A DNA stretch of 64,000 bases from Camelus ferus (Eukaryota). The stretch spans positions 3,596,001-3,660,000 of the forward strand of contig NC_045720.1 in assembly GCF_009834535.1 (NCBI RefSeq), written 5' to 3'. This document shows positions 1 to 11,500 of the stretch, one piece after another. The translations under genes were made by a program, and so were the position numbers. The notes beneath the pieces were generated by a model. That model ran no database searches. It saw nothing but the letters and a program-made list of their open reading frames with translations, and was not told the origin of the DNA. How positions within the stretch are numbered: the first letter of the stretch is position 1; each line of letters starts with the position of its first letter.

Positions 1-283
1 AAATAACTAGAATAACCTCTTTCAACAATTTTGCCCCAGTCACTTTTTTCTAGTACTCTTCAGTCAGATGGGAAGAAAGAAAAGGACTTCCATTCAGATT
101 GGTTTCTGTTGGGATTTGGGGTTGATCCCCCAGTTCTGCTTTGTGGACAAGGTGGGGTTAGCAGGGGGCCATGCTACAGTTCTCTTTATAAGACAGGCTT
201 GGGGGGACATGGCAGGAAGTTACGGCTTGGAAATTGGGTGAGCATGATGGAAACGTGAGCACTAAAAGGAAGGTGAGGAGAGC

Positions 284-700
284 TTTTATTTACTCCTTTC
301 TTAGTTGGCTAACATTTTTGATGTGCCACCTGTCATGTGCTGGACAGTATACTAACCATGGCGACAAGTGGATGAGCAAGGAAGAGTGGATACCTCTCAG
401 GGCTTACAGATTAAGTACACAGACCCGGAAGCCAATGACCAGGGCGTCACGTGACAAGTGCTTTTTGCAGAGATGCAGTGAAGAGGGGTGCTATACATGC
501 TTCCTTAGGGGGTGAGCACAGACTTGAGTCCAGGGGGAGATGTGTGCAGACTAGGGAGAGGAACTGCATTACGGTAAGAAGGAAGGTACCGCAAAATCAA
601 GGACGTGTGAGAGCTCTGGGAACGGCAGGTTTGACTAGGGCACTAGGTAGAGAGAAACTTGGTCATGACTGTGGCCCTCACGTTGTGGGTAAAATTCAGT
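284..700 (-). mobile_element. L2 LINE 3' relic (approximate bounds)
   Basis: Degenerate antisense L2 tail pattern (tttatttactcc...tgtgctggacagtatac...cagggcttacagattaagt) followed by purine-rich L2 body; recalled consensus. Confidence 0.5.
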
Positions 701-999
701 GGGGCGCTGGAAAACGGGCTTTCAAAAACAATTCACCGATTTGTAGTAGTACCATTTTTCTCTAGAGTAAGTAGTCCTGCCACAGTCACTGTCAGGCTGA
801 CAACAGCTTAGCAGCTGGCTTGTGAAATCACTGAGTATTAACAACAGGACTCTCAGAAGACGACGTGAACAGGCTCCAGCGCACCACCGGGCCGGCTGAA
901 GGGTTTAGAGTGATGTAAACCGATCTGCATTATACAGCATCGTCGGGCAGCTGTTTCAGAGCACACTGAGATAATCTGGAGGAAAGATTCTTAGTTTAG

Positions 1000-1105
1000 T
1001 TACATATATTTATATAATAAGTAAGTATATATTATCAAATATAGTAACATAAATATTATTAAATATTACTAAAATATAAATATTATATATAATACATATA
1101 TTTTA
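1000..1105. repeat. AT-rich low-complexity tract
   Basis: Almost pure A/T (tatatttatataataag...tattatatataatacatatatttt). Confidence 0.9.
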
Positions 1106-1119
1106 AGAGGAAAGTTAAC

Positions 1120-1320
1120 AGGTTTTGATGCCAGGTTAGATGCAATGAGCAAAGAATAGGGGCCAGAAATAAGCAGATGATTTGGAGACACAGTCTGAGG
1201 ATCACATCATGAAGAACCTTGCATGTGCATCAAAGGATCTTACTATCTTCAGTAGACAACAGAGAGCCCCTGAAAGTCTTACACAGGGGAAGGAGGTAAT
1301 TGGATGTGTGGTTTTATCTT
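1120..1320 (-). mobile_element. L2 relic (continuation)
   Basis: gatcacatcatgaagaaccttgcatg...gagcccctgaaagtcttacacagggga resembles the antisense L2 body motif. Confidence 0.45.
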
Positions 1321-1409
1321 GAAGACAAACGATATCTCTTAGAAAATACTTACATAGAAAGGCTCTTGTCATAACCATGTATTATAATAGGTTTAGGGTG
1401 GTTGGCTTT

Positions 1410-2400
1410 AATTTCAAAAAATAAGTAAATTTCAAATGGTGACATCTTATCCCAGAAATGTGAAGACGGTTTAACATCAGAACATTCACTAAGGCAGTTC
1501 AACACCTTAACGTATTTAAGGAAGAAAATATATGGTTAAATCACTTGGCATGGAAAAAATGTGTTAGATAAAATTCTGTACCAGTATTTATGATAACAAC
1601 TCTTATAGGAAAAAAACCCCAGAAATAAAAGGGAGCCTCCTTAATTGATTAAAGAGTACTTAAAAAAATATATAGTAAGGGTCATACTTAGAGTAAACTA
1701 TTAGAAGCTTTTCCATTCTACTGAAGACAGACCAAATACTTCCTACCAGCACGTCTACTTAACATTTTATTGGAGATCCTACTTAGCACAGTAGGACAAG
1801 CAGAGTGAAAAATGAAAGATACAAGAATTATACAGGAAGAGAGAAAATTGCAAAGAAGTAAAAAGGAAGAAAGAAATTTTCCCTTGCTTACAAATAAGTG
1901 AATAAGGTTTTCTACAGAGAGTCTAAGAACACTTAGAGAAAAATAGAATTAATCAAAAGGATGCTGGATACAACATGAGACCACATGAATCAATGCCATA
2001 GTTATAATAAGTACTTAGAAACTATAATGGCAAAAAAAAAAAAAAAGCCTAGTAATTTGATTAGATACCTTGGAAAAATCTAATCAAATATGCAAGGCTA
2101 TCATAGAGAAAATTCTGACATACTACTGAAGGATATAACCGAAGACAGAATAAATGGTGATATATACTATGTTCATGGAAGAGCAGATTCACTAAGATTC
2201 TGATCATGCCTAAATTAATCTGAAATTTTAACTCCAAATAGCCTAATTCTTTTTTCTCTTGGAACTTAAGTTTATTCTAAAATATATAGAGAGTGATATA
2301 GATATAGAAGAGAAAAGAGCCAAAATTTCAGATATTAAATATTATTACAAAGATAGGGCAATTGTGCTATTAGCATAGAGATAGGAAAACAGACTAACAA
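1410..2400 (+). mobile_element. Old L1M (L1ME-like) ORF2 reverse-transcriptase relic
   Basis: Decayed L1 RT motifs in the correct order: ggtttaacatcagaa (WFNIR), gaagcttttccatt (EAFP), aacattttattggagatccta (NIVLEVL), gctggatacaac (AGYK), atactatgttcatgga (IPCSW). Many stops and frameshifts. Confidence 0.85.
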
Positions 2401-2494
2401 TACACATCTCAGACAACTAAGTGAGATAATACAGGTAAATGCTTAGAAGAGTGACTTTAAGAGGGACTTAAACTATAGATATAGACTGTCTAAG

Positions 2495-2576
2495 ACTACC
2501 TATCTATCCATCTACCTGCTCCCCGCCCATCCATCCATCATCCATTCATCTATCCATCTATCTATCTGTCCATCCC
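2495..2576 (+). repeat. Degenerate (TCCA)n/(TCTA)n microsatellite
   Basis: ctacctatctatccatct...ccatccatccatcatccattcatctatccatctatctatctgtccatcc. Confidence 0.85.
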
Positions 2577-2689
2577 CATAGCATACTTAATAAAATCTTT
2601 GGATAGCCATTTAACCATTTATGTGTCTCCTTGACTGCGTCCTCTGCTTCCCCCACAACTTCCAGCTCCTGGGCTCACTGCATTGAGCC

Positions 2690-3250
2690 TCTGCCCTTAC
2701 TAAAGTTGTTCTTGGGAAAGTCACCCATCACATCCTCGCTCTGGTCCCATCCTGCGTGACATCTGTTTTGTACTTTACTTTGTGGGCTGCTTTCTCTTTC
2801 TTGAAAACCCACTTCTTCATGTTCCCAGGCTGCTACCCTCACCTGTTTTCCTCACACCTCCATAGTCCTCACCTGTCCTCACACCTGCCTGGCCTCCTTT
2901 CTATTCTTTCTCTTCCTCTGCTGTCACATTCTTTAAATGTCAGCATCCTGATGGTTCCTTCTGCAGTTCTTACCTTTTCTGAAATTAGTTTTTGATTGCA
3001 TGTTTAATTATTTGGCTGGTCATCTCTCTGGGTGGCCTCACACTTCCCTCTAGGAATCGTTCCTTCCAATACACCATTGACTTTCAGATCCCTAATATCT
3101 CTCTCCCACCTGGACAGTGGACCCAGACCTGCCTGCCTCCTGGGATTGCCTCCTCCTCTCCCTGCTCACTTGTTCCTCCATTCCCATACCTGATCTCTAT
3201 GAATGGTCACTAACCTCATTAGCAAGTATACAATCTGTCATCACAGCCTC
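2690..3250 (+). mobile_element. L2 ORF2 relic
   Basis: ctaaagttgttcttgggaaagtcacc (TALxKVT-like) followed by pyrimidine-rich L2 sense sequence (ttcttgaaaacccac...ttttcctcacacctc). Confidence 0.6.
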
Positions 3251-3309
3251 TTAATTAAATTGCAAGCATCTCTTTAAATATAATGAGAATTAGAAGTCTA
3301 ATAAGGTTT

Positions 3310-3470
3310 AGTGAATAGGTGTTATTCATCAGGCACTGAGCAAAGCACTTCACATAGTATATCTCACTTCATTGGCACAGAAACCCTACAAGGTGAGTAT
3401 TTTTACCTCCCACAATTTTTCCTACCTGGATGATAAGAAGTAACTTGTTGTGTGGCTGTGAAGAGGCAGA
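3310..3470 (-). mobile_element. MIR SINE relic
   Basis: caggcactgagcaaagcacttcacatag...atctcacttca...aaccctacaaggtgagtatt, the antisense MIR core. Confidence 0.55.
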
Positions 3471-3519
3471 GCCCTTTAAGAAGGCATCCTGTCCTCTGCA
3501 TTCCCATTGCCTGCCTCCT

Positions 3520-3780
3520 TGCAGGCAGAAAGTTTCCTAAAACCCATCAAATGCATCACTTTCAGGACTTCAAACCGCTCAGGGTTTCCTCCACCACCTG
3601 TAGGGTAACACCCAACTTCTTTGCATGACATACCTTCCTGTAATCTAGGCCTGATCTATTATCCCTTCTCAGATTCTGTTACTGATGGCTCAGCCTTGGA
3701 CTTGCTTGGGTTCCTGACACCCAGCAATTCCTTCCCAGGCAATGCTGCTCACCAGGGTCCTACTTCACTGCTATGCTCCT
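3520..3780 (+). mobile_element. L2 3' relic
   Basis: tttcctaaaacccatcaaatgcatcact...cttcaaaccgctcagggtttcctcc..., L2 sense-tail pattern. Confidence 0.5.
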
Positions 3781-4519
3781 GAGCGAGCAGCACCTGGACA
3801 GCTCTTTGCTGCCCCCTACTGGCACTCAGAAACTATCGGTGAGGACCAGAAAGTCCCTAAACTTCCTTGGGACTTCATGAATCCTGTGGACTTTATACAG
3901 TAGTTCCTGTTGTGTTGTGCCACCCAAATTCCCCTTCAGCCTGAAGGGTCCACTTCGCCAGCTGCTGGGAAGTATTTTGGCTAAGAGTTCTCCATTCTTG
4001 ACTTTTTTGGAACTGTCTAAGCTGAAGAGCGCTACCTGGCCCCGGGTCACATCCCCAACTTTCCAGGCCACTGGCTGTTTGGAAAACCCAGTGGCTGCTC
4101 AAGACATGGTATAAGGTCTGGCCTGCTTCTTCCAGCCAGAACTATTCTGAAGGCCGGTTCTGAAGGGTTATCCCACCTTCAGAGTCTCGAATCGTTTCTA
4201 AAGCCTTGTCATGGCTTATTACAGCACAACCTGAATCCTTCCCTTCCACCCCCCAACCCCGAGGTGAGGACGCTGAGGGTTCTCCCCAGTAAGCGTCCCT
4301 AAAAGTGCGCCTTCTTTTCCCTCAGAGCCGGCTTCTGGGGAACTGAGTCCTGGGGTCCCCACCCTGGGGCAGATGCGTTGTGTTCATCTTTCCCAGACCT
4401 GCAGCAGCCAGCTGAGCGCAGGGCCTCCAGAAGCCGCACTGCTGGTAAGCGTCTTAGGTGACCCTTGTGTTTAGGAAGGTGTGTGAAATCCTGGTGGGGA
4501 GAGGGAGTGAGGATGATGA

Positions 4520-4785
4520 GAGCCAGACCTGGTCCCAGCTCCCGCTCTGCCACGGTCTTGACACTCCCTGCAAGTCACTTACCTGCCTAGCTCTCTCCTG
4601 ACCTTAAAAACAAAAACAAACAAAAACAAAAACAAAAACAAAAACAGAGCAAAAAGAGTCTCCTTAAAACCTGCCTCAGAGGATTGCTGTAAAGTTTGAA
4701 TAAGATAAACGCTTGCTAATCATATATGTTTAAAAGCTTAGCAATGAGCCACACGCAGATCGAGGGCTCAATAAATGCTTACCCT
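4520..4785 (+). mobile_element. MIR SINE with internal (CAAAAA)n expansion at about 4604-4644
   Basis: agccagacctggtcccagctcc...caagtcacttacc...cctgcctcagaggattgctgtaaagtttgaataag...ctcaataaatgct; CAAAAA repeats seen directly. Confidence 0.7.
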
Positions 4786-5784
4786 CTGGAGAGGTGGAGA
4801 GAGGTGGGTGAATACAAGTTGGAACCTGAGAGCCACAAAATAGAACACACCAAACCCCTTCTGTCCCACCAGGTCTGGGCTCAGACTGTTTGAAGTTCTT
4901 TTCTTTGGCTGAAGGCAAGTTGTTCACCCTTGTTAACCTGTGTCTGCCCTCTGGGTAACTGTCACTGAAAAAATTCCTGAAACTTTTAAAAGTCCCTGCA
5001 GTAGCCAAGGCTATGTTCATCAGCCTCTCTCCAGGGCTGGGGTGAGGGGGACGAGATCTGAAGGCAATAAATACTTGGGGGAGTGTGGATGTGGGGCCGT
5101 GGGGAAAGCTCAGGGGAGGGAGACAAGACAAATCCCTGTGCCCAGGACTCCACATCTGCTGTCTTGGTCCTTGGTCCTGGGAGCACCGGGCTGCTACTCC
5201 TTGGAACTCTTCCTGCTCTCCCTCCTCCAGACTCCCTCACTGGAGACCCTGTGGTCCAGATTAAATTCCGAGAAAATGACTTCAGTGGCTAGAATATCAT
5301 CATCACCTTGAAATGAGAATAGAGTTGGCAAAGGGAAGCTGGCAGCAGCCTCCCGCTGCTTGGTGACAGGACCACCTGGTTCTCATTTTCAATCCTGAGA
5401 TTACATCTCCGCACCTCCCTGAGGTCTCAGCTCCCCAGCCCCTCCCTTGCCAGACAGTGGAGCTGACCTGCCTGCTCGGAGGCCGCAGCCCCCAGGCACT
5501 CCCTCTCCTCTCCAGCCTGCTCCCCGCTGCCTTTGTAGGAGGATAAAGATGCAGAGCGTGGTGGGTTTTCTCCAGAGAGCAGGCTCAGGTCAATATTTAC
5601 ACCCCCAGGGAATAGAGGGAAGGTTTCTGAGCTTGATTCCTGACATGTTGAAACTCTGGGCAGGCCCACCTGGAAGGGGACCTTGTACCTCCCCTTTAAC
5701 GCTCAAATTTCCACCCCAGATTCACAGCCAAGCAGTTGTCCTGCCTTCCTTTATCTGGATCTGGGTGGGAATGGCCAGACCCCC

Positions 5785-6364
5785 TGAGACAGGAGGGAAG
5801 GAGGCAGGGCAAAGCCATTAAAAGAATGACACGGCCATCAGCACCAAGACAGTGGAAGAGTCAGCTCCCGGGAGACTTTGAGCTTCCATATACCGCTCAT
5901 TGAAATACAGTAGCTGCTGAATGGCCCTCCCACAGGAGCCAGGACAGCTTCAAGGCTGACCATAAAAGGTCAAAAGTGGGTGGTGCAAGTCCTGGGAATC
6001 CCAGCCCCCTCCCCAAAGTAGTTGGAATCATCCTCCTGCTTGTTGGCATGTGGAGTTATGAGCCCATGAAAACCAACAGCCCTGCACCCCAGGGCTCTCC
6101 CTCCCTCCCTCCTTCTTTTTCTTTCTCCCTTTTCTCCCTCTCTTCCCCTCTCCCCTGCCCTTTCTCTGGCCTTCTGAGATGGCCCACACTGTGTCTATGA
6201 AGTCTGTCTCTCTCTGAATAAATCTACCTTCACTCTACCATGGCTCCCTCTTGAATTCTTTCCTGCACATAGCCAAGGACCATCACTTGGTGGGGCATGT
6301 CCCAAGGACTCCATCGATACCTGGGACACAGCCATCCTCTTGCATCCCATTGTTTTCTATATCA
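5785..6364 (+). mobile_element. ERV1-type solo LTR (580 bp)
   Basis: Starts TGAGAC and ends ATCA. Flanked by a 4-bp direct repeat CCCC (5781-5784, 6365-6368). AATAAA at 6217-6222. Both ends are homologous to the reverse complement of 36925-37483. A 4-bp TSD is typical of gamma-like ERV integrases. Confidence 0.9.
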
Positions 6365-6934
6365 CCCCTGCCCCTGCCGCGCTTGGCCATCGCGGGCTGT
6401 CCCTCAGTTGTTCAGGGCTCCCTGGAGCTGCCCAGCTGGATGCTGCCAGGAGATGCCCCTTGCGGATGGCCAGTGCCTATGCTGTGCACCTCTGTTGAAA
6501 GCCACAGAGAAGAAAGGTAAGTAAGAAGAGACAAAATCTTAGAGAGACAGAAATAAGGAGGAGGAAGAGGAAAGATGAAGCTGGTGAACACTGGGTTGGG
6601 CTTGATCTAGGAGCATGGTTATCCTGGGAGACTCACTGTCAGATCTCAAAGGTTATCAGACCCCTGAGTCAGCGTCAACTCTTACCTTCAAGAGTCAAAA
6701 CCCTCATCACCCATCCAGTCCCATCATGTCCCCTGGGAAGAGGGAGCCAACCAGGTCTTAGAGTTACAATAACGGGGTCCAATGCATGCACAGTACTGTA
6801 CACTTTTCCAGGAACTTTCCCTTACCTTTTCATACTTCAGGGCCATCACATCATTATAGTGTTAGTGTCCCACTTAGAACATTCTTGTTTTCTACACCAC
6901 GTGATTTAAAGTCTATCAGGACTTGGAGATGCAA

Positions 6935-7055
6935 ACAGCACCATCACTTTATCTGTTTTCAGGTGAGCAAAGTTAACCAGAGACATGAGGGGATTTGCCA
7001 AAAGCCGCACACATGCTAAGTGGCAGAGCTGGGATCTGAACTCAGGCTCTCCTAG
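6935..7055 (-). mobile_element. MIR SINE relic
   Basis: ctgttttcaggtgagcaaag...atttgccaaaagccgcac...agtggcagagctgggatctgaactcagg. Confidence 0.6.
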
Positions 7056-9023
7056 TATAGATCCCTGGAGTCAGTTTGTGGGGCACCTGCAGGAGGCCCC
7101 CAGCTTATGCTGCAGCTTCACGTGAGCCTGTCTGAACCAAGCGTGGTCTCAGCGCCGCTCAGAGGCTGACTCTCCCTTCCCAAAGGCACTCTGAAAGCAT
7201 CAACAGAGATTTATTTAAAGTCAGGGTAGGGGGATCCCAAAGTAATCTTGTGTCTGAGTACTATAAAAACTGGATTTTTTTTGGAAAGCAGCAAATGTTG
7301 TATTTCTTGTTCCACATGAAAGAAAAACAATAATAAAACCATCGTGAAAAAAGATACCCAAGGTATCAGATCAGTGAAAAATAGCAAAGGAACTCAAAAC
7401 AGTAACAGCTCCTTAGTGGAGGGCCTTAAAAAACAAAACCAAAAAGAACCAAAACACCCAACTCCGTCTTCACCATACTTCACTCTTTCCAAAAAGAAAC
7501 AAAACAGCATCTGATTTTCCTGGAATAACTTTGTGAAAAATACATGTTTTCTATGTTTTCCTCCATCCTAGTAGGATGCCGTCCTCCAGGAGGCGTCTAC
7601 CCCTCCATCCCCAGTGAGAGGCACTGTCACACTTCACTCATTCTCATCTTTTGCCCCGCTGAGCACAAGGCATTAATGTACTGACTCACCCTTAACCAGA
7701 CATTCAGAAACCTCACTGACTGTTGGCCAGAGACATCAGTTCCTTCCATGGGAGCCTCTCTCTGTGTGACATCAGCTTCCCCCAGAGAAGAGAGAGTAAG
7801 ACAGGGCCAGCAAGACAGAAGAGACATGCAGTCTCTTTATAACGTGATCTCAGAAGTGAGAGCCCATCGCCTCTGCCCCCTTTCCTCACTGGAAGTGAGG
7901 CGCTACGTGCAGCCTGCACTCAGAGGGCCAGGCTACACCAGGGGTCCTGGGCTGAGAAGGTTCGTGGCACCCAGCTAAGTCTGAATCAACTCAGAACTGC
8001 CACTGACCTCGAGGCCCGTGCACGTGAAGTAAATGGTCGTGTCGTGAGTCAGTTAGATTTGGCAACTGGCTGTTACCGCAGAGCAAGCTGACTAAGCACA
8101 CGGTCGGTGGAAACCTCCCCACTCCGCTCAGAGCTGCCAACCTCCATAACGGACGCGCTATTCCCCGCAGGACCTGCGCCGTGTCACAGTACAACGCAGC
8201 ATGTGTTATCCACCTACAAGGTCTAGTGTGTTTGTCAGATGCTTGGTTTGCTTGTTGTTCGGCCCCCCCTTCTGGAACGTGCATTCCTCGGGGCTGGGAC
8301 GCTCGTCAGCGGCGTCTACTGCTGTAGCCCCCGCAGTGACAGCAGGTGGATCCATGTTTGCAGCGTAAGTCCGCTTCATACGTACTTGCTGAATGCGCGG
8401 CTGAATGAATGTCGATCAAGAGACAGTTCTGGGGAATTAACGATGTCAAAGGGAAGCTGTTCTCAGAGAGAAGAATGACTGAGTGGACAGTTGGGACGGA
8501 GGAGGTGGGCGCTTTGGGGACAATCCTGCGAACTTCTGTCCTCCCCTGGGTGAGGTGCTCTGCCCTCCAGAGGCTTTAGGTTCTTAGCGGTAAACTCAGG
8601 GTTGGGGGGAGCGCATTTATGTCATTGGGTCCAAGATCATAGAAGAAGTTTGCCTCCAGAAGGAACAACTTAACCCATAGCTGAAACAGTCACAAAAGAC
8701 AGAAGTGAGACCGAGAACGTTCCCAGCAGAGCAAAGAGTGGGAGCCGAGTACAGTGACGTGAGCGCGCGGCTCGCGGGGGGGCTGCCGACGGACGGAGCT
8801 GAAGGCTTGGTAGAGGGCCCCGGGAGCACAGGCAGGGGCCCAGGACCTGGGGCTGTGTGGGGCTGAGGGAAGTGAGCTGTTGACCCCTGTTGAAATTATG
8901 AGGTGACAAGTGACCCAACGGGGTTTGCATTTTAAATACACTAAGCTAAGCTAGCCATGCAGCAGGTGCGTATGGCGTGTGGAGTCGAAGCGACTGCCGG
9001 GGCAGAGAGGACGGCTGGGAGGC

Positions 9024-9177
9024 TGTAACTCAGCACAGGGAACTCCGTTCAATACCTTGTAACAGCCCGTGATGGAAAAGAACATGAAAAGAATACACGT
9101 GTATAAATGAGTCACTATGCTGTACACTAGAACTTAACACAACATGCTAAGTAGACCAAACTTCAGTTAAAAAAAAA
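9024..9177 (+). mobile_element. Cetartiodactyl-type L1, 3' terminal fragment with A-tail
   Basis: agcacagggaactccgttcaataccttgtaa...atgctgtacactagaacttaacacaaca...cttcagttaaaaaaaaa. Confidence 0.85.
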
Positions 9178-9499
9178 TCCTCTGGAAACAAATGAACTTA
9201 TTTACAGAGGATTTTAAAGAAACATTGTAGATACAGCTGAGGCCTGTCCTGTAACACGGTGACAACAGACAGTCCCGAATCATTTGCCTGGTGCCGGGCC
9301 CCTCCTATCCGTCAGTTTGTCCTGTCCTCACCACAGCGCTTTGGGGCGGGCGGTAAGAGCGCCCTCGTCTTATGAAGGGAGACCAGGAGGCACACAGGAA
9401 GCTGGTGACGGCTAAGTCATGTTGTCAGCAGGACGGTGGCATCTGAACCAGAGTCTATGTTCTTAAGTGCCATGTTCCACTAACTTCCAAACATATGGG

Positions 9500-9960
9500 T
9501 TTGTTTTCTTCTTTTTCATCTTTCCAAATGTTATACAGTTGGTGTCACACTGGCCTTATCATGACGCAAATTGTTTTTTCTACCATGTTTGTGAGATTCG
9601 TCCACGTAACATATTTAGGCATTCATTCATTTTCAAACATTGTCCATAAACAACAAGGTCCTATTGTATAGCACAGGGAACTATATTCAATATCTTGTAA
9701 TAAACTATAATGAAAAGGAATATATGCATGTATATGAATGATTGAAATATTATGCTATACACCAGAAATTAATACAACATTGTAAACTGACCATACTTTA
9801 ATTTAAAAAAATGACAAAAAGAAAAAGAAAAGAAAAAGAAAAAAAAAACAAACATTTCCAGTAGTCCAATATGGAACAGTTCCAAATTTGTTATTAGTGT
9901 TTCTGTTGATAAATATTTAGCCAGTTTCTTTTTTATTTCTCTCTTACAGGTAGTACAAAG
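9500..9960 (-). mobile_element. Old L1ME-like 3' relic interrupted by a younger L1
   Basis: tgtttgtgagattcgtccacgt...gcattcattcattttc | agtagtccaatatgg...tctgttgataaatatttag, antisense L1ME tail pattern on both sides of the insert. Confidence 0.55.
9646..9848 (+). mobile_element. Cetartiodactyl-type L1 3' fragment with A-rich tail and TSD
   Basis: ataaacaacaaggtcctattgtatagcacagggaactatattcaatatcttg...tacaccagaaattaatacaacattgtaaactgac; flanking repeat CAAACATT at 9634-9641 and 9849-9856. Confidence 0.92.
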
Positions 9961-10017
9961 ACCATCTTGTCACCTACGCACGTGCCTCCTTAGGAACGTT
10001 ACAGCACTTCCCCTGGG

Positions 10018-10200
10018 CAGTGAAACTCAGTTCTGGCTATACATTTAAAAGAATTCAAAAATGAGAGAATTTAAAAGAAGGGGGAATAAATACACACTCC
10101 GCCCCTAGACATTCCAATTTCATTCATCTGTTTGCTTGGTTTGATTTGATTTTTAGCTTGCCAGGCAATTCTGACATACATCCAGGTTTCAGAACCATGA
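10018..10200. mobile_element. MER5A-like hAT-Charlie MITE relic
   Basis: cagtgaaactcag... and ...ccaggcaattctgacatacatccaggtttcagaaccatg termini resemble MER5; highly diverged. Confidence 0.4.
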
Positions 10201-10319
10201 CCTTAAGCCCCGTCCCTGCATGCAGAATTACAGGACCATCACATCTTGTGTGTTTTACCGAAAGGTTCTGCCAAGTAGCTTTCCCAATTTACTTTCCCAC
10301 CAGTGATGTGTGAGGATCT

Positions 10320-11500
10320 GTGATTGTTCCCCCCTTTTATTTCCTGATGTTGGTAAAACAGACTTATTCCCTCACTCTTTTTTTTTGATTAGTATTGCTA
10401 AAGAATTACCAACTTTATTGATATTTTCAAAATATACATTTTTGGCTTTAATGGTTTTCTCTATTTTACTTTTTTTTCTATTTCATCATCTTCTGTTTTT
10501 TAATTATTATTATTTTATTTCCTCTTCCTTGCTTCCTTTTATTTTTCTTTTCTTTTTAGTTTCAAGAGATAGAATTGAGTTAATTCTTACCTTCCCCCCC
10601 TTCCTAATATTTTATGGATGTGAGGCCGTCCATTTCTCCTTAGGGGCTGCTTTAGCCGCACTGCAGAAGCTTTGCTACCTTGCATCTTCAATGTTCAGTT
10701 CAAAACATTTCTACTTTTTGTTCTGATTTTTTGTGCTTTGATTCATACATTATTTAAAAACATCTTGCTTAATTTACAAATAGTTTGGTAACTTGAAAAT
10801 TATCTTTTGTTATCTATTTCTAGCTTAATTTTACTGTGATTAGAGACTATAATCAGAATAGTTGTAATCCTTTGAATTTTGTGAAGACTTGCTTTGCAAT
10901 CCATTATTGGGTCAACTTTGCGAAGTGGTCATATAGACTTGAGAAGCCTGTACACATGGTCAGTGTGGGGGCGGTGTTTGATGTGTCAAATAGCTTAAGT
11001 TAGCTATTCTGCTTTGCTTTTCTTTTTCTGTGTGGAACGCTTCCTGTGTGATCCATTGGCTACGTGAGAAGTGTGATGAAATTTCCAACATCACTGTGGG
11101 TTTCCTTCCTTCTCCTTCTGGTTCTGCCACTTTTTGCTGTGTAGGTTTTGAGGCTTTATAGAGGTTTGGAATTGTTATTTCTTCCTGATGGTGTGGACCC
11201 CTATTCATTAAGGAAATGTCTATTTTCTTCAGGAATGTTGCAGCCATCAAGTCTACCTTAATTGATATTAACATAGCTAGACCAGTTTTCTCACGGTTAG
11301 TATTCACAAGGATGCATAGTCCGTTCTTTGTTTTGTACATTTCTGTGTCCTTAAAATGAAGGTATGACTCCTGTACGCAAAAGCATTATTGCATTTGCTT
11401 TTATATCTACTCAGATAATCTCAGTGTTTTAATTGAAATACTTAATCCATTTACAATTAAAATAAGCACTAATACAGTGGGATACTATCTTCCTACAAAT
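10320..11500 (-). mobile_element. Old L1M ORF2 endonuclease-region relic
   Basis: Minus-strand ORF 10960-11340 (NTNREKTGLAMLISIKVDL...GPHHQEEITIPNLY...KPTVMLEISSHFS) matches L1 EN motifs (ANGNQKKAGVAILISDKIDF...GSIHQEDITILNIY...STIIVGDFNTPLS). Confidence 0.88.

Noticed and set aside
2837-2886. Near-tandem CCTCACCTGT...CCTCACACCT duplication
   Set aside because: Ordinary slippage duplication within an L2 relic.
5231-5311. Strong acceptor (ctcttcctgctctccctcctccag) followed by DSLTGDPVVQIKFRENDFSG*
   Set aside because: Considered as a terminal exon or retroviral fragment. No donor nearby, no motif I can match and no upstream partner exon.
7685-7830. Minus-strand donor GTGAGT with frame MEGTDVSGQQSVRFLNVWLR
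   Set aside because: No clean acceptor, no recognised protein and no other supported minus-strand exon.
10960-11340. 126-aa ORF with endonuclease-like motifs
   Set aside because: A decayed L1 ORF2 endonuclease fragment, not a host gene.
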